From positions 4,854 to 68,853 of IMG/VR virus record IMGVR_UViG_3300042314_000177: a DNA stretch of 64,000 nt. One strand, given 5' to 3'. Shown piece after piece: positions 44,475 to 53,984 of this stretch. The notes beneath the pieces are model-generated. The model ran no database searches. It was not told the origin of the DNA and was given only the letters and a program-made list of their open reading frames with translations. The DNA is from a virus. Within the stretch, counting starts at the first letter, position 1. Each line of letters opens with the position of its first letter. A program made the position numbers and the translations under genes.

Positions 44475-45326
44475 TTATTTCTTGCTTCGCTTGTAAGCCA
44501 TGACCTTTGATAAGTCTCCGGTCTTCAGAGCTTCAGCGCGTAAGCGTTCAAGTTGTGAATCAATGGAACCAGACACACGCCCACCGTTTGAGGTGATTGT
44601 ACGTTCTGGCGCGGTTGTCGCCCTACGGTTAGTTACTTTCAACTGAGTCTCCAGTTTTGCTACCGCAAAGGCAAACTTCACGGGGTCGGTGATTGCTGCA
44701 AGTTCCTTAGCTCGCTTAGTGCTTTTGCCAATTGCGTAAATAAGCAAAGCAGGATTGTCAGAGCCTTGTAGAACTATTCCTTGCTGCGTGACGTTAAACG
44801 TATCTAAAGCCGTAGCTTCAGCTTCGTCATAGTCCCGCACCTTTAACGAAGATTTTGCCTTCGCATAGGAATCAAGCTTGTCCTGCCATGCTTTAGACTC
44901 AGCATCTCGCTGCGCTTCTGCCTTGGCTTCCACTGAATCGTATTCGCGTTTATGCTCATACCAATCAGCAAGCTTTTGTTCATACTCGTCGGAGTCATAG
45001 TCGCAACTTTCAAGCGTTGGCTTAGATACTAATGCAACTGGTTTGGTCTCAGTTGCTGCCGTATTAAGCTTTGCTTCAAGTTCGCGTATCTTCCGCTCTT
45101 TTTCCCGATTCGATTTACGCAATTCACGCACCCAAGCTGGCGCACGAACTTCTTCATCTTGAGGTGGCGATTCCTCTCCGATAGATATTACGACTTCATC
45201 TTCGTCATCTTCTTCGTCATCATCAGCCTGGTCGATGGAATTGGTCTCATCTTCCGCTTGGTCATTGATGTCTGTGTCGATGTCTATTGTGTCGATGTTG
45301 TCGTTATCCAGTTCTGCCGTTTTCAT
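44475..45326 (-). CDS. Scaffolding protein
   Basis: Homologue of 8701-9558. Confidence 0.85.
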   Translation of the reverse strand: MKTAELDNDNIDTIDIDTDINDQAEDETNSIDQADDDEEDDEDEVVISIGEESPPQDEEVRAPAWVRELRKSNREKERKIRELEAKLNTAATETKPVALVSKPTLESCDYDSDEYEQKLADWYEHKREYDSVEAKAEAQRDAESKAWQDKLDSYAKAKSSLKVRDYDEAEATALDTFNVTQQGIVLQGSDNPALLIYAIGKSTKRAKELAAITDPVKFAFAVAKLETQLKVTNRRATTAPERTITSNGGRVSGSIDSQLERLRAEALKTGDLSKVMAYKRSKK

Positions 45327-45343
45327 GTTTTAACCCCATTAAC

Positions 45344-47416
45344 TCACCCTAATATAGTGGAGGGTGGAACCACATTCGTTTGCGGCCTAATTGCGGCCCC
45401 AATCTTTTCAGCAGTCTCAATAGCGGACTTTCGTTCGTCTATATCAACGCTTGATAATGTTTGAATAGTCTTAGCCTTCGTTTCTTCAGAACGCGCCAAG
45501 GTGTATTCAGTGTTAGCTTGTGCTTGGATAGCTTGAGCCTGTGACTTAGCGGCTTCGGCCAGCAAGTAAGCAGATTGTGGGTCTTGCTGCACGTTAGCCT
45601 GTGCTTCCATCATCTGCTGCTGTTCTTCTTCCGTTGGCTTCAGAACGCCCATCTGGACTAGCTGCTTACGGAAGTATTCCTTGATGTCTCCAATGCCTTC
45701 GCCTTCCATGTTCATGATAGCCATAGCTTGCAGAACCTGTTGGGTTGTTGGATCGGTGGTAACTTGCATCATGCCTGTAAGCGCACGGACTGTAGCGTCA
45801 CGGCGGCTGCTCGACGATGGGCCAACGTCTACGGCAACATCAAACAAGGCATCGCCCAGGTTGTTCTCGTAAATCAGTTCGCCTGTTTCTTCGTCGATTT
45901 GTGGCTTCATCAGTTCAATCGAACCAACTTCTTCCATAGCGCCAACAGTTTTCATCTTGCGTTTTTCTTCAACGTAGATGTCTTTCGACATTGACAGCCA
46001 TATCTCACCACAGCGGCGCACAGCCTTAGCCATGTTGCTCATGTAGATGAACGTCTGCATATCTAGGCGGGTCTGGATTAGCTCCACAGCCTTACCACTG
46101 ATACCGCTGACCATCTTGTCGGCTTGCTGGGTGCTTCCCAGTATCTCAGCCATGTCCTGCTCAGTCAGAGCAAGTAATGCTGCCATTGCTGGCGGAATCT
46201 GTGCGGACTTAGTGTAAGCAACTGGGCCAGCAGCAGTAGTCTCGCCGTTTGGCCCTGTAATTGGATTGATTAACAGATAAGGATAATTGCGTAGGTTATC
46301 CTCTGCCCACATTACCTGATGGCCTGAGACTTGCTCTGGCATCAAGATGGGCTTTTCAATCGACGAAAGCGCACTGATCTCACCCAGCTTAGATAGCTGC
46401 ATATTCTTCAGTCGCTGTGGGTCTTTGGCTAAACGAACATGGCCCATGCAACGCTCTACGTTATCAACGAACCAACGCTTGCCATAGACAGGAACAATAG
46501 GAATGTTCTTGCCAGCGATGTAACCCATATCGTCAAGGATGCCGCCACCGCTCATGATATACTTGCGGACGCGCTTACGCTTAGTACGCTTCTGGCGTAC
46601 TTCTACAGTGCCAACAGCAGCTAGTGTTTCCTCTAGCGTTTCGTCAGCGTCGAAGTCCGCTTGCATGTAGCGTTCTTCTTCGCCTTGGATCGTCAGGAAG
46701 ATGCGGACTGTCTCACGCACTTCTTCAACGCGATAATACTCAGCGACAAACACAACGTCAGGCGTATCCCAATCAAACTCGTACTGATGGATTACCTTGG
46801 GCCATGTTGCTGGGTCATCATTCCATTCAGCCTTGTAAGCCTCATAGGTCATTGAATACAGCACGAAGCAATACTTAGCGTCTGCCTTGTCCTGGCGCTT
46901 TGCATCAAGGTCAAAGAACACAGAGCTATCAGCGTCATAGATTGGTTCTATGCGGATGCGCTGGCGTTCGTCCTCGTCGTTTTCTTCATCTTCATACGCA
47001 GTGCGTAAACGCCAAGCGCCATAGCCACCGCCTACAGCTTCCTCAAAAGCGTTGTCGTATGCTTCTTCTGCGCCGCTGTCCCGTTCGTCTGCACGATAGA
47101 GACCATTGCACGTTTCGGTTAGCTTGTCGTTTGCTTCGCCATCTTTGCTAACAAAGTCTACAGCGATGCGGTTGTTGCGATATTCGTTGATGATACGAAT
47201 GACGCTAAGGTGAATCTTGTTCACCTCAAAGCGTGGTTTGTTTTCGTATTGGTCACCTAGTGGGCCTTCCCACTGCGCTCCAGCTATGGAGTAGAAGCGT
47301 CGATCTTGTAAGCACTGCAAGCGTTCATCACGCACAGATGTTTGAACACGGTCGAACTCCGTCATCGCCTGTTGATGGATGTTCTGGAACCGTTGTTCTT
47401 TATTCAATCGAGCCAT
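45344..47416 (-). CDS. Portal protein, P22 gp1-like
   Basis: Homologue of 9576-11648. Confidence 0.93.
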   Translation of the reverse strand: MARLNKEQRFQNIHQQAMTEFDRVQTSVRDERLQCLQDRRFYSIAGAQWEGPLGDQYENKPRFEVNKIHLSVIRIINEYRNNRIAVDFVSKDGEANDKLTETCNGLYRADERDSGAEEAYDNAFEEAVGGGYGAWRLRTAYEDEENDEDERQRIRIEPIYDADSSVFFDLDAKRQDKADAKYCFVLYSMTYEAYKAEWNDDPATWPKVIHQYEFDWDTPDVVFVAEYYRVEEVRETVRIFLTIQGEEERYMQADFDADETLEETLAAVGTVEVRQKRTKRKRVRKYIMSGGGILDDMGYIAGKNIPIVPVYGKRWFVDNVERCMGHVRLAKDPQRLKNMQLSKLGEISALSSIEKPILMPEQVSGHQVMWAEDNLRNYPYLLINPITGPNGETTAAGPVAYTKSAQIPPAMAALLALTEQDMAEILGSTQQADKMVSGISGKAVELIQTRLDMQTFIYMSNMAKAVRRCGEIWLSMSKDIYVEEKRKMKTVGAMEEVGSIELMKPQIDEETGELIYENNLGDALFDVAVDVGPSSSSRRDATVRALTGMMQVTTDPTTQQVLQAMAIMNMEGEGIGDIKEYFRKQLVQMGVLKPTEEEQQQMMEAQANVQQDPQSAYLLAEAAKSQAQAIQAQANTEYTLARSEETKAKTIQTLSSVDIDERKSAIETAEKIGAAIRPQTNVVPPSTILG

Positions 47417-48643
47417 TTACCACCTACTCACAGTTGCCAAAGGTTGCACATCGAAAGTCTTTGCAGGGACTGCTCGACGTATGGCCTCGCACGCATAACG
47501 TAGCGCGTCTATAAGGTGATTATCACGATCTGCAAGGATTGGCAAGATTTGTCCTGTCAAGGGGTCAGTTTTATAACTATAGCACGTTAATTCGTCAATC
47601 GTGTGTTGGCAGCGAGGGTGGACAATGATGTCATATGACTTCAACCATTCAACGCCTTCCTCTACAGACTTAGGCCCTTTGACTGCCGCCATAATCTTTG
47701 GGAAGCCGTGCTTTCTCATGTGGCTAATCGTTTCAGGTCTGGCGCTGTCAGCAACGATGGGCCACTTTTCAGAGTCAGGCACAGTGAAGAATAGGTCTGG
47801 CGTGTCCATGATCTCACAGCCTACACGATACGCTTCATGATCGACATAGATTGTGCGGCCAACAACATGGCAGCGGATTAGAACAGTCGGGTCAGATGCA
47901 AAGCCCCAGTCAGCACCAAAGCGATGCGTTGCGTCCTCTGGTGTTTCGAAGTCCTCAACCTTCCAGTTACGGAATACACGCGCTTCGCTGTTAGATGAAT
48001 AGCTGCCCAGCCAAACGTGCTTGTATTTGTCAGGGTCTCTATCCCTATCGTATTCCATTTCTGATTTAAGCACATCAGGGAACCAAGGGTTGTCTCGATA
48101 GTTTACCTGTGCAACCACAGCGTCAGGCGGTGGGCTTGGGCCACGCAGGAGCATATCAATCGGGTCGCTGCTGTTAAGCGGGTTCCATGTGAACCATAGC
48201 TCACTGTCTGGCTTACGGATTGTCGGACGCAATAGATCGAGCGAGCGTTGCGATAGTGTCTGCGATTCTTCCACCCAGGCGCAGTCATAACCTTCTAGCG
48301 ACTTGATGGAGTCAGCCGTGTGGTTCTGCATCCCCTGGAAGATGATTAGGCCATCGCCATGCCGTGACTTGATCTGGCTTTCCTGAATCTCAAAGTAATC
48401 CTGAACGCCAAGCTGCTCAATCTTTAGCTCCAGCAAACGCTTGACCGACTGCGATAGCGACTTCTGTATTTCACGAACGCAAACTGTTCTGCGCCGCTGA
48501 TCCATAACGTGCGCTTCTATTACCATTTCCGCAAAGGCATGGCTCTTTCCCGATCCACGACCACCATGTGCGCCTTTATAGCGACTAGGCTTTAGGAATG
48601 GCTTGAACCAGCGCGGGGTTTTAATCTTCAGCGTTGTCATCAA
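47417..48643 (-). CDS. terL: Terminase large subunit
   Basis: GGRGSGKS, WVEE, NHLIDALRY. Confidence 0.95.
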   Translation of the reverse strand: MMTTLKIKTPRWFKPFLKPSRYKGAHGGRGSGKSHAFAEMVIEAHVMDQRRRTVCVREIQKSLSQSVKRLLELKIEQLGVQDYFEIQESQIKSRHGDGLIIFQGMQNHTADSIKSLEGYDCAWVEESQTLSQRSLDLLRPTIRKPDSELWFTWNPLNSSDPIDMLLRGPSPPPDAVVAQVNYRDNPWFPDVLKSEMEYDRDRDPDKYKHVWLGSYSSNSEARVFRNWKVEDFETPEDATHRFGADWGFASDPTVLIRCHVVGRTIYVDHEAYRVGCEIMDTPDLFFTVPDSEKWPIVADSARPETISHMRKHGFPKIMAAVKGPKSVEEGVEWLKSYDIIVHPRCQHTIDELTCYSYKTDPLTGQILPILADRDNHLIDALRYACEAIRRAVPAKTFDVQPLATVSRW

Positions 48644-49025
48644 TCACTTCGCGCTGGATGTGTGTAACGAGACTGCCAGTGACACTAAGCTTAGATGGAG
48701 CGTCAAGCCCAATCATTGCGTTGATGGCCTTTACAGCGTTTACCTTGTCGCTTGGCTTTGCGTCTGCGTCTAATCCTTTGGCTATCGTAGACAACACATC
48801 AAGGCTGTCTGCCAGCGTCCATGTGACACGTTCAGCAACTGCTGCTCGTAATTCAGCAACCCTTGTTGAAACATTGCTATCTGCCATTAGCCTACAAGCA
48901 TTTGCTTGGCTGGTCTCTGGTTTAGTTGTCGGCTTAACATTAAAGGCTGTTCTGTAAGCCTCTGCTTGACTTTTGCCCGATGCAACTTCGTGAGCGAATC
49001 GCTCTTGTTTAGGTGTTAACGCCAT
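48621..49025 (-). CDS. terS: Terminase small subunit
   Basis: LTPKQERFA...QAEAYRTAF; C-terminus shared with TerS of A. Confidence 0.85.
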   Translation of the reverse strand: MALTPKQERFAHEVASGKSQAEAYRTAFNVKPTTKPETSQANACRLMADSNVSTRVAELRAAVAERVTWTLADSLDVLSTIAKGLDADAKPSDKVNAVKAINAMIGLDAPSKLSVTGSLVTHIQREVIDDNAED

Positions 49026-49054
49026 GTGTCTCAGCTTCCATAAAAGGTCTGGTG

Positions 49055-49312
49055 CTAACCTTTTAAAGCATCTTCTTCATTGTGTCCAGATTCCAACTCA
49101 ATAAGCTTTGAAAGATAGTGCTGGCACTTCTGTAAGTCCTGCACTCCATTCTTGTCTTTATATCGAGCCAGATATTTTATGCAGTTGCCATGTAAAAATC
49201 CAGCAAATGCTTCCTTAGTCATCCATGCTGCCATTGCTTGCCAAGGCTGGACAGCCTTTGATGCGTAGTGATCTCCGCCGATCTGGTAGCTACTGGGATT
49301 ATCCATGTTCAT
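49055..49312 (-). CDS. DUF3310-like protein
   Basis: QIGGDHY...GNCIKYLARYKDKNG. Confidence 0.8.
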   Translation of the reverse strand: MNMDNPSSYQIGGDHYASKAVQPWQAMAAWMTKEAFAGFLHGNCIKYLARYKDKNGVQDLQKCQHYLSKLIELESGHNEEDALKG

Positions 49313-49502
49313 CCACCTCTGTGCGACAAGCTAATTCTTCATCGCGCTTAATGACTGCCTCACCTATTGTGCATCCGTGCCAGCGTTGAATTGCTTCCAA
49401 CACAAACGGAGCGTTAAGTTCTTCTGTTGTGTAAAATTTCAAACTGCGATTGTCTGGCTCAAGTGCAGACTTCCAGTTAGAGCCCTCACCAGTATCAATC
49501 AT
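49299..49502 (-). CDS. Hypothetical protein (B only)
   Basis: Overlaps both neighbouring genes in the operon. Confidence 0.55.
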   Translation of the reverse strand: MIDTGEGSNWKSALEPDNRSLKFYTTEELNAPFVLEAIQRWHGCTIGEAVIKRDEELACRTEVDEHG

Positions 49503-50134
49503 GTTGTTTCCTCATAATCAGATGCACGCTCTAAGCGTTTGCGGCAAGGCGCTATCCATTGCAAAGTTGTTTCAACATCAACTAAATATGGAAACCAAAC
49601 AAGCCAGCTATAAGAAGTTGCGCTTGATACATTCGGGTCAATCTTTCCCTTGCACATTGGCGCACGTTCAACAAATTGCAGAACATACCTCGGTGGTGTT
49701 TTACTAAATAAATTTTCAAAACGTGCTTTACCTTCAAGAAAAGCACTTCTGACAATAACTGCAACCCCACCTCTGCTGCTTGCCAATGCCCGTTGTATAA
49801 ACTGCTCTGCCAAACGAAACGGAGGATTTGTTATTGTCCAATCAGCATCGTCTGGATTCTGCCCCCAAAGATAATCAGCAACAGGATAGCCAACGCCATA
49901 ATCGTGAACATCTGATGCTTCAACATAAGCAAAGTATTCAGATAATACTTTTACCATATGACCACGATTTGCTGCTGGTTCCCTTACGTTCATGGTGTGC
50001 ATTTGTTCTTCATGAAAGTCACGCAACCACTCACACAAAGCTCTAGTTGCCCAAGGTGGTGTTGGAAAGTCATCCAAGCTATCGTGAGGCTCAGACCGTT
50101 GCTGCATTACAGCACTAGACCTATTCTGCGTCAT
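49499..50134 (-). CDS. Amino DNA methyltransferase (NPPF; motif I before IV)
   Basis: DDFPTPPWAT, EPAANRGHM, ITNPPF. Confidence 0.8.
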   Translation of the reverse strand: MTQNRSSAVMQQRSEPHDSLDDFPTPPWATRALCEWLRDFHEEQMHTMNVREPAANRGHMVKVLSEYFAYVEASDVHDYGVGYPVADYLWGQNPDDADWTITNPPFRLAEQFIQRALASSRGGVAVIVRSAFLEGKARFENLFSKTPPRYVLQFVERAPMCKGKIDPNVSSATSYSWLVWFPYLVDVETTLQWIAPCRKRLERASDYEETT

Positions 50135-50333
50135 AATCATCACCGAATGGGTCATAGCCCTTTAGCATTGCATCGACTGCAACCATAATAGGCCCACTGA
50201 TACGCACCTTGCCAGATTCCATCTTGCGTATGCTTGTTGCGCCGTTGTCTGGCGATAGGCGTAAAGCGTCAGCCATCTCTGTTACACTGTAGCCCATAGC
50301 TACTCTAGCAAGTTTAAGCTTCGCTGGTGTCAT
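50121..50333 (-). CDS. XRE-type HTH protein
   Basis: Homologue of 14908-15132. Confidence 0.75.
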   Translation of the reverse strand: MTPAKLKLARVAMGYSVTEMADALRLSPDNGATSIRKMESGKVRISGPIMVAVDAMLKGYDPFGDDYDAE

Positions 50334-51271
50334 GCTGCTTCTCCACACCATAATCCGCATTCTGCGTCATATTCTTCACCATCATCAAACATTGGCAACT
50401 CTATGCTATTTACAGCAGCTGCTGCAATTTGATTATAACCTTCATCTCTCCTAAATTGCCCAGAACTTTTTGATACATTTCCGCCGTTGCGTTGCGACCG
50501 TATTTTTTCTTGCTCCGACCACTACTCTGCACTGGTTGGATTGTCTCTAATTAATTTCAACAGTTTGCCTCTGCTTTTTAGAAAGCATAGGTCGCAATTA
50601 CCTTCATAGCTTTTTAAACCCAAATCAAAAGGCTGTTGCTTCCAAAAATCTAAAACATCCTGCTCCCTTACCATTCTGCCATTTGCTCCAGAGCCATTTT
50701 TTGCCATTGGCATTACAGATTGCCAACGTTCCTTTGCCTGTTCATTGCGCTCAATTTGTTTGAAAACGCGGTGCATTTCATCACCACGAAGGCCAATAAC
50801 ATTTAACCAAGTTTCATGACCTTGGGCAATCATAAACCACTTTAGTGTTTCAACTTTAAGGGTTGAAGTGCAATATCGCATTGTGGTTGTTGGCAGGAAA
50901 CGCTTTCGCTCTATTAGTTTTGCAAACGGCTCCCCATTACGGCTGGCGCTGTTATATCCTACAAAACTGAAGCGGCGTTGTGCGTCAGATATTGGGTCAA
51001 GCTTTAGCTCGCCAGCTTTCCGTCTTTTAGGAGATTCCGCCCACTCTACCCAATGAATATATATGCCCCAACGAGTTCCACACTCATGAACAAAACGAAG
51101 CGTTTCTTCCCGCTCCTTTCCCGTGTTTGCAAAAACAACATAAACGTCATTAGGCAATATTCCGCCGTGTGCATCAATTATTTGTTTCAGCATATAGCCA
51201 GACGTTCTGCCGCCGCTGAACGATATAAGTGCGGGGCCAGCAATGAAATATGGATTAGATTGCTCAGTCAT
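50330..51271 (-). pseudogene. PAPS-reductase/PP-loop family gene interrupted by an in-frame TAG at 50522-50524
   Basis: SFSGGRTS, FANTGKE, YCTSTLK, GNCDLCFLK; the frame continues past TAG to ...ECGLWCGEAA-TGA overlapping the next ATG. Confidence 0.75.
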
Positions 51272-51509
51272 CGCCCTCGCCTTTCACTACATACATATTT
51301 AACGCATGGCATATGGTGCTGTGGTCGCGCTGCATGATGCGGCCAATCTCTGTGGTAGAATAGCCTTTGTCTCGCAGCATAACCACGCACTTGCGCCTTA
51401 CCTTAACCAATGTCCTATTTTTTTGTTTGCCTAAAATATCAGCAAGAGTGTAATCATACATCTCTGCAATAGCATCTATCTCTGCAAAGTTACGGCCTCT
51501 AGGTGTCAT
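51264..51509 (-). CDS. DnaA C-terminal-like HTH protein
   Basis: STTEIGRIMQRDHSTICHA. Confidence 0.8.
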   Translation of the reverse strand: MTPRGRNFAEIDAIAEMYDYTLADILGKQKNRTLVKVRRKCVVMLRDKGYSTTEIGRIMQRDHSTICHALNMYVVKGEGDD

Positions 51510-51586
51510 TTCAGTCTCCATGTTGGCGGGAAGCATCCCCTAGCTGATGTATTTTCATACGCTCAACAGATTTCTGTGTAAAGCGT
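51510..51586 (-). promoter_or_regulatory. Repeated promoter-hairpin-RBS module
   Basis: GC-TTTACA-N17-TATGAA; CATCAGCTAGGGGATGCTTCCCGCCAACATGGAG. Confidence 0.65.
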
Positions 51587-51599
51587 ATTGTTCAATTAA

Positions 51600-51776
51600 T
51601 TATGATTTCTGCTTCTTCGCTTCTTCAATCGCAGCAATAGCCCATTCTCTTGGCGCTTCAGCATACTTACCATTTGCCCAGTTCTGGCGTATATCATTCA
51701 GTGATATACTTCCTGACTGATACTTGGCTAGGTCGCACATCAAACTGGTAGCTGCGCTATTTGTGGGCTGTGCCAA
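51600..51776 (-). CDS. Hypothetical protein (not in ORF track)
   Basis: Homologue of 16907-17080. Confidence 0.65.
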   Translation of the reverse strand: MAQPTNSAATSLMCDLAKYQSGSISLNDIRQNWANGKYAEAPREWAIAAIEEAKKQKS

Positions 51777-52287
51777 TTTCCAGATTCCTTCTTAAATCTT
51801 CAAGCTCTAGGGCTGTGACATATTCTTGGGGCGGCTCATAATCACGATAGTGGATCATCAAGAGATGCTTGGCGCGATTGATCTTGCGTCTGCGATCATA
51901 GCCTTCATTCTGAACAACCGAATCTATCTCCGCTGGTGTTGGCATAAACTTGCACGTTCGCAGTAGCTTTAGAAACGCACTTCGAAGATCGACCAAGGGA
52001 TAAATTCGCAACGTCAGCCAATATAGCTCCAGGCGCTCTGCTTCTTCTTCCTGACTGCGCTTCTGGCTGGCAGTGGCTAATGATAGCTTGGCGATCATGA
52101 CCTCCACCTGTTCGCGCTCGGGCATTGGTGGTCTAGCGGCATCAACAAACTGTTGAAGGGTCTCAGCCGACTTAGGCCCAATCGTCGGTAGGTCGCTCCC
52201 CATCAGCAGCTCGTCTAGCTTGGCTGGCAATGACTGCTCTGACCATTGGGTTGGTTGGCTCTGCTGCGTGTTTGCTATTTCCTGCAT
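51757..52287 (-). CDS. Replication accessory protein
   Basis: Homologue of 17067-17591. Confidence 0.6.
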   Translation of the reverse strand: MQEIANTQQSQPTQWSEQSLPAKLDELLMGSDLPTIGPKSAETLQQFVDAARPPMPEREQVEVMIAKLSLATASQKRSQEEEAERLELYWLTLRIYPLVDLRSAFLKLLRTCKFMPTPAEIDSVVQNEGYDRRRKINRAKHLLMIHYRDYEPPQEYVTALELEDLRRNLEIGTAHK

Positions 52288-52870
52288 TGGTCGCGCCTTT
52301 CGGTTCGTATATATCCAGCCAGCCGTTGATTGTCGAACGATCTAGCAATTCGTTTATGTCGTGTCCTGCCAAGTGCAGGGCTTCCAGCTTGGTGAACGCC
52401 CGTGCTTTTGCTCTATCGGTTAATGGGCGCTTGCGTTGCTTTCGCATCTCCACCCAACCCTTCCAAGAATCAATCGGCAACCAAACTGGATACCCCTCTA
52501 TTATATACTTGGTGGTTAATTGATGTATCTTTAATGTATTGGGTGCATCTGGTGCAGGGGTCTCATGCATCTGGTGCACGGGTGGTATGTCTTTAGTGCA
52601 CGGGTGCATTTGCTGCATGGGTATCTGAATCCAATACCTATTGCCCTTGCCGATCACTTCTTCACGGCGAATAAACTGCATTTCTTCCAGCGATCTAATT
52701 GCCAGTTGAACAGCCCGTTTTTTTAATGATGATTTTTTAGCTACTCGCTCAATTGAAGGCCAGCACAAACCTTCATCGTTTGCCCAATCTGCCAAAGACA
52801 GAAGGACAAGCTTTTGCGTAGATGATAGGTCTTCCCTATCCCATACTGCTGTCATTAATTTGATACTCAT
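52172..52870 (-). CDS. Replication initiator, HTH_36-like N-terminal domain
   Basis: KLVLLSLADWANDEGLCWPSIERVA; C-terminus shared with initiator A. Confidence 0.85.
   Translation of the reverse strand: MSIKLMTAVWDREDLSSTQKLVLLSLADWANDEGLCWPSIERVAKKSSLKKRAVQLAIRSLEEMQFIRREEVIGKGNRYWIQIPMQQMHPCTKDIPPVHQMHETPAPDAPNTLKIHQLTTKYIIEGYPVWLPIDSWKGWVEMRKQRKRPLTDRAKARAFTKLEALHLAGHDINELLDRSTINGWLDIYEPKGATNAGNSKHAAEPTNPMVRAVIASQARRAADGERPTDDWA
52541..52620. repeat. Candidate replication origin (iterons) in initiator B
   Basis: Repeated TGCACCAGATGCA and CACCCGTGCAC units beside an AT-rich stretch. Confidence 0.65.
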
Positions 52871-52917
52871 GACGCAAAGTCTTGCGTGATGGTTCTGTGG
52901 CGTGTATTACACAACAT
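52867..52917 (-). CDS. Leader peptide (MLCNTRHRTITQDFAS)
   Basis: ATGA overlap with the initiator start; core conserved with A. Confidence 0.55.
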   Translation of the reverse strand: MLCNTRHRTITQDFAS

Positions 52918-53070
52918 AGCGATGCCTTCCTGTGTTAGGCGTTGTTAGAGCGGGTCGAGTGCTTTTGCTTTTTCAGCATTCCCCGCTCGCTCTTATATAA
53001 CCGCATTCCGTGATTTATAAAAGCGAATTTATACATCATTGACCAGCGCACAGTTTTTCCGTATTATCCG

Positions 53071-53124
53071 CCGCTTGGTGCTCCTTGCCAAAACAACCTT
53101 GGGTGGCTTCGGTCACCCATTTTT
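53071..53124 (+). ncRNA. Candidate sRNA with anti-SD loop (B)
   Basis: TTGACC-N17-TATTAT; TTGGTG-CTCCT-TGCCAA hairpin; same terminator as A. Confidence 0.65.
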
Positions 53125-53473
53125 ATTTGGTCTCCCGTAGATCGTGATTCGGGAACAGAGCCTTAAAGACAGCGCGGCGCAGGGGCCAATCTCTGACAAC
53201 GACTCCCTTAACTTCGTGGGTCACTAACATACCGTTTTCAACATATTCAAAGTCAGATTTATAAGCAACGCGCCTACCATTAGGATGCTTTAGCTGCTTG
53301 CCATTGATGACGAAATAATATGTCGGGTGGATCGTCAGATCACTTATCTCACCAGCCGCTTGCAATATGTGAAGCTCATTGCAACACAGGGCTTCACGCT
53401 TGCTATCATGCGTGTGACCAGCATTGCACTGCGCCTTGACAGCGCGGTATTTACCGAATCGCTTCATGATCAA
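53123..53473 (-). CDS. DUF1064-like nuclease
   Basis: Homologue of 18514-18858. Confidence 0.8.
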   Translation of the reverse strand: MIMKRFGKYRAVKAQCNAGHTHDSKREALCCNELHILQAAGEISDLTIHPTYYFVINGKQLKHPNGRRVAYKSDFEYVENGMLVTHEVKGVVVRDWPLRRAVFKALFPNHDLRETK

Positions 53474-53676
53474 TCGACTGCCCTGGCTGCAATTATGCGC
53501 TCGAGTGCATGAAACGCTGCCAGGTATGCGCCCAGCATTGGTTCGCTGCGTTTGTTCTTCCAGTTAGATAGCGTGACGCGAGTGATGCCAGCTTCGTTGG
53601 CAATCTCATAAGCCTTGATATTGTGATGCTTTGCCACAGCGTAAAGCTCTGCAATTGCGTGTGCGGTATAGTCCAT
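53470..53676 (-). CDS. Cro/XRE-like HTH regulator
   Basis: EAGITRVTLSNWK shared with A. Confidence 0.75.
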   Translation of the reverse strand: MDYTAHAIAELYAVAKHHNIKAYEIANEAGITRVTLSNWKNKRSEPMLGAYLAAFHALERIIAARAVD

Positions 53677-53766
53677 TTAACTTTTCTTTCGTTTTGCGAT
53701 AAAAAACGCTTTTAATTCCCGTTCATGATGTTTACAAGGTATTTACAAAATAAAAAGGAAGCAACC

Positions 53767-53973
53767 ATGCCGAAAGAAAAATGCACAGTTTGTGGTCACA
53801 CCATGACCGACACATTTGAATGCTTGCCATGCGACTTTGTTGAGATGGCAATCAATGCTGGCGCTTGCCACGCAAACTATGGTGAACACCTAGCCGAGCT
53901 TATAGGTGACGTTATGACGATTCGGAATTGGTCAGCAGAACCGATCCGCTTTAAATATCCACGTTTTGCATAA
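53767..53973 (+). CDS. Small Zn-finger-like protein (B only)
   Basis: CTVC...CLPC; AAGGA RBS. Confidence 0.6.
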   Translation: MPKEKCTVCGHTMTDTFECLPCDFVEMAINAGACHANYGEHLAELIGDVMTIRNWSAEPIRFKYPRFA

Positions 53974-53984
53974 GGAGAAATAGA

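Noticed and set aside
50522-50524. Genome-wide TAG reassignment
   Set aside because: TAG ends other genes normally (e.g. 57981, 61489, 7010), no suppressor tRNA seen, and only one interruption found.
50330-51271. Dnd/Ssp phosphorothioation system
   Set aside because: No cysteine desulfurase, DndD/DndE or SspBC neighbours.
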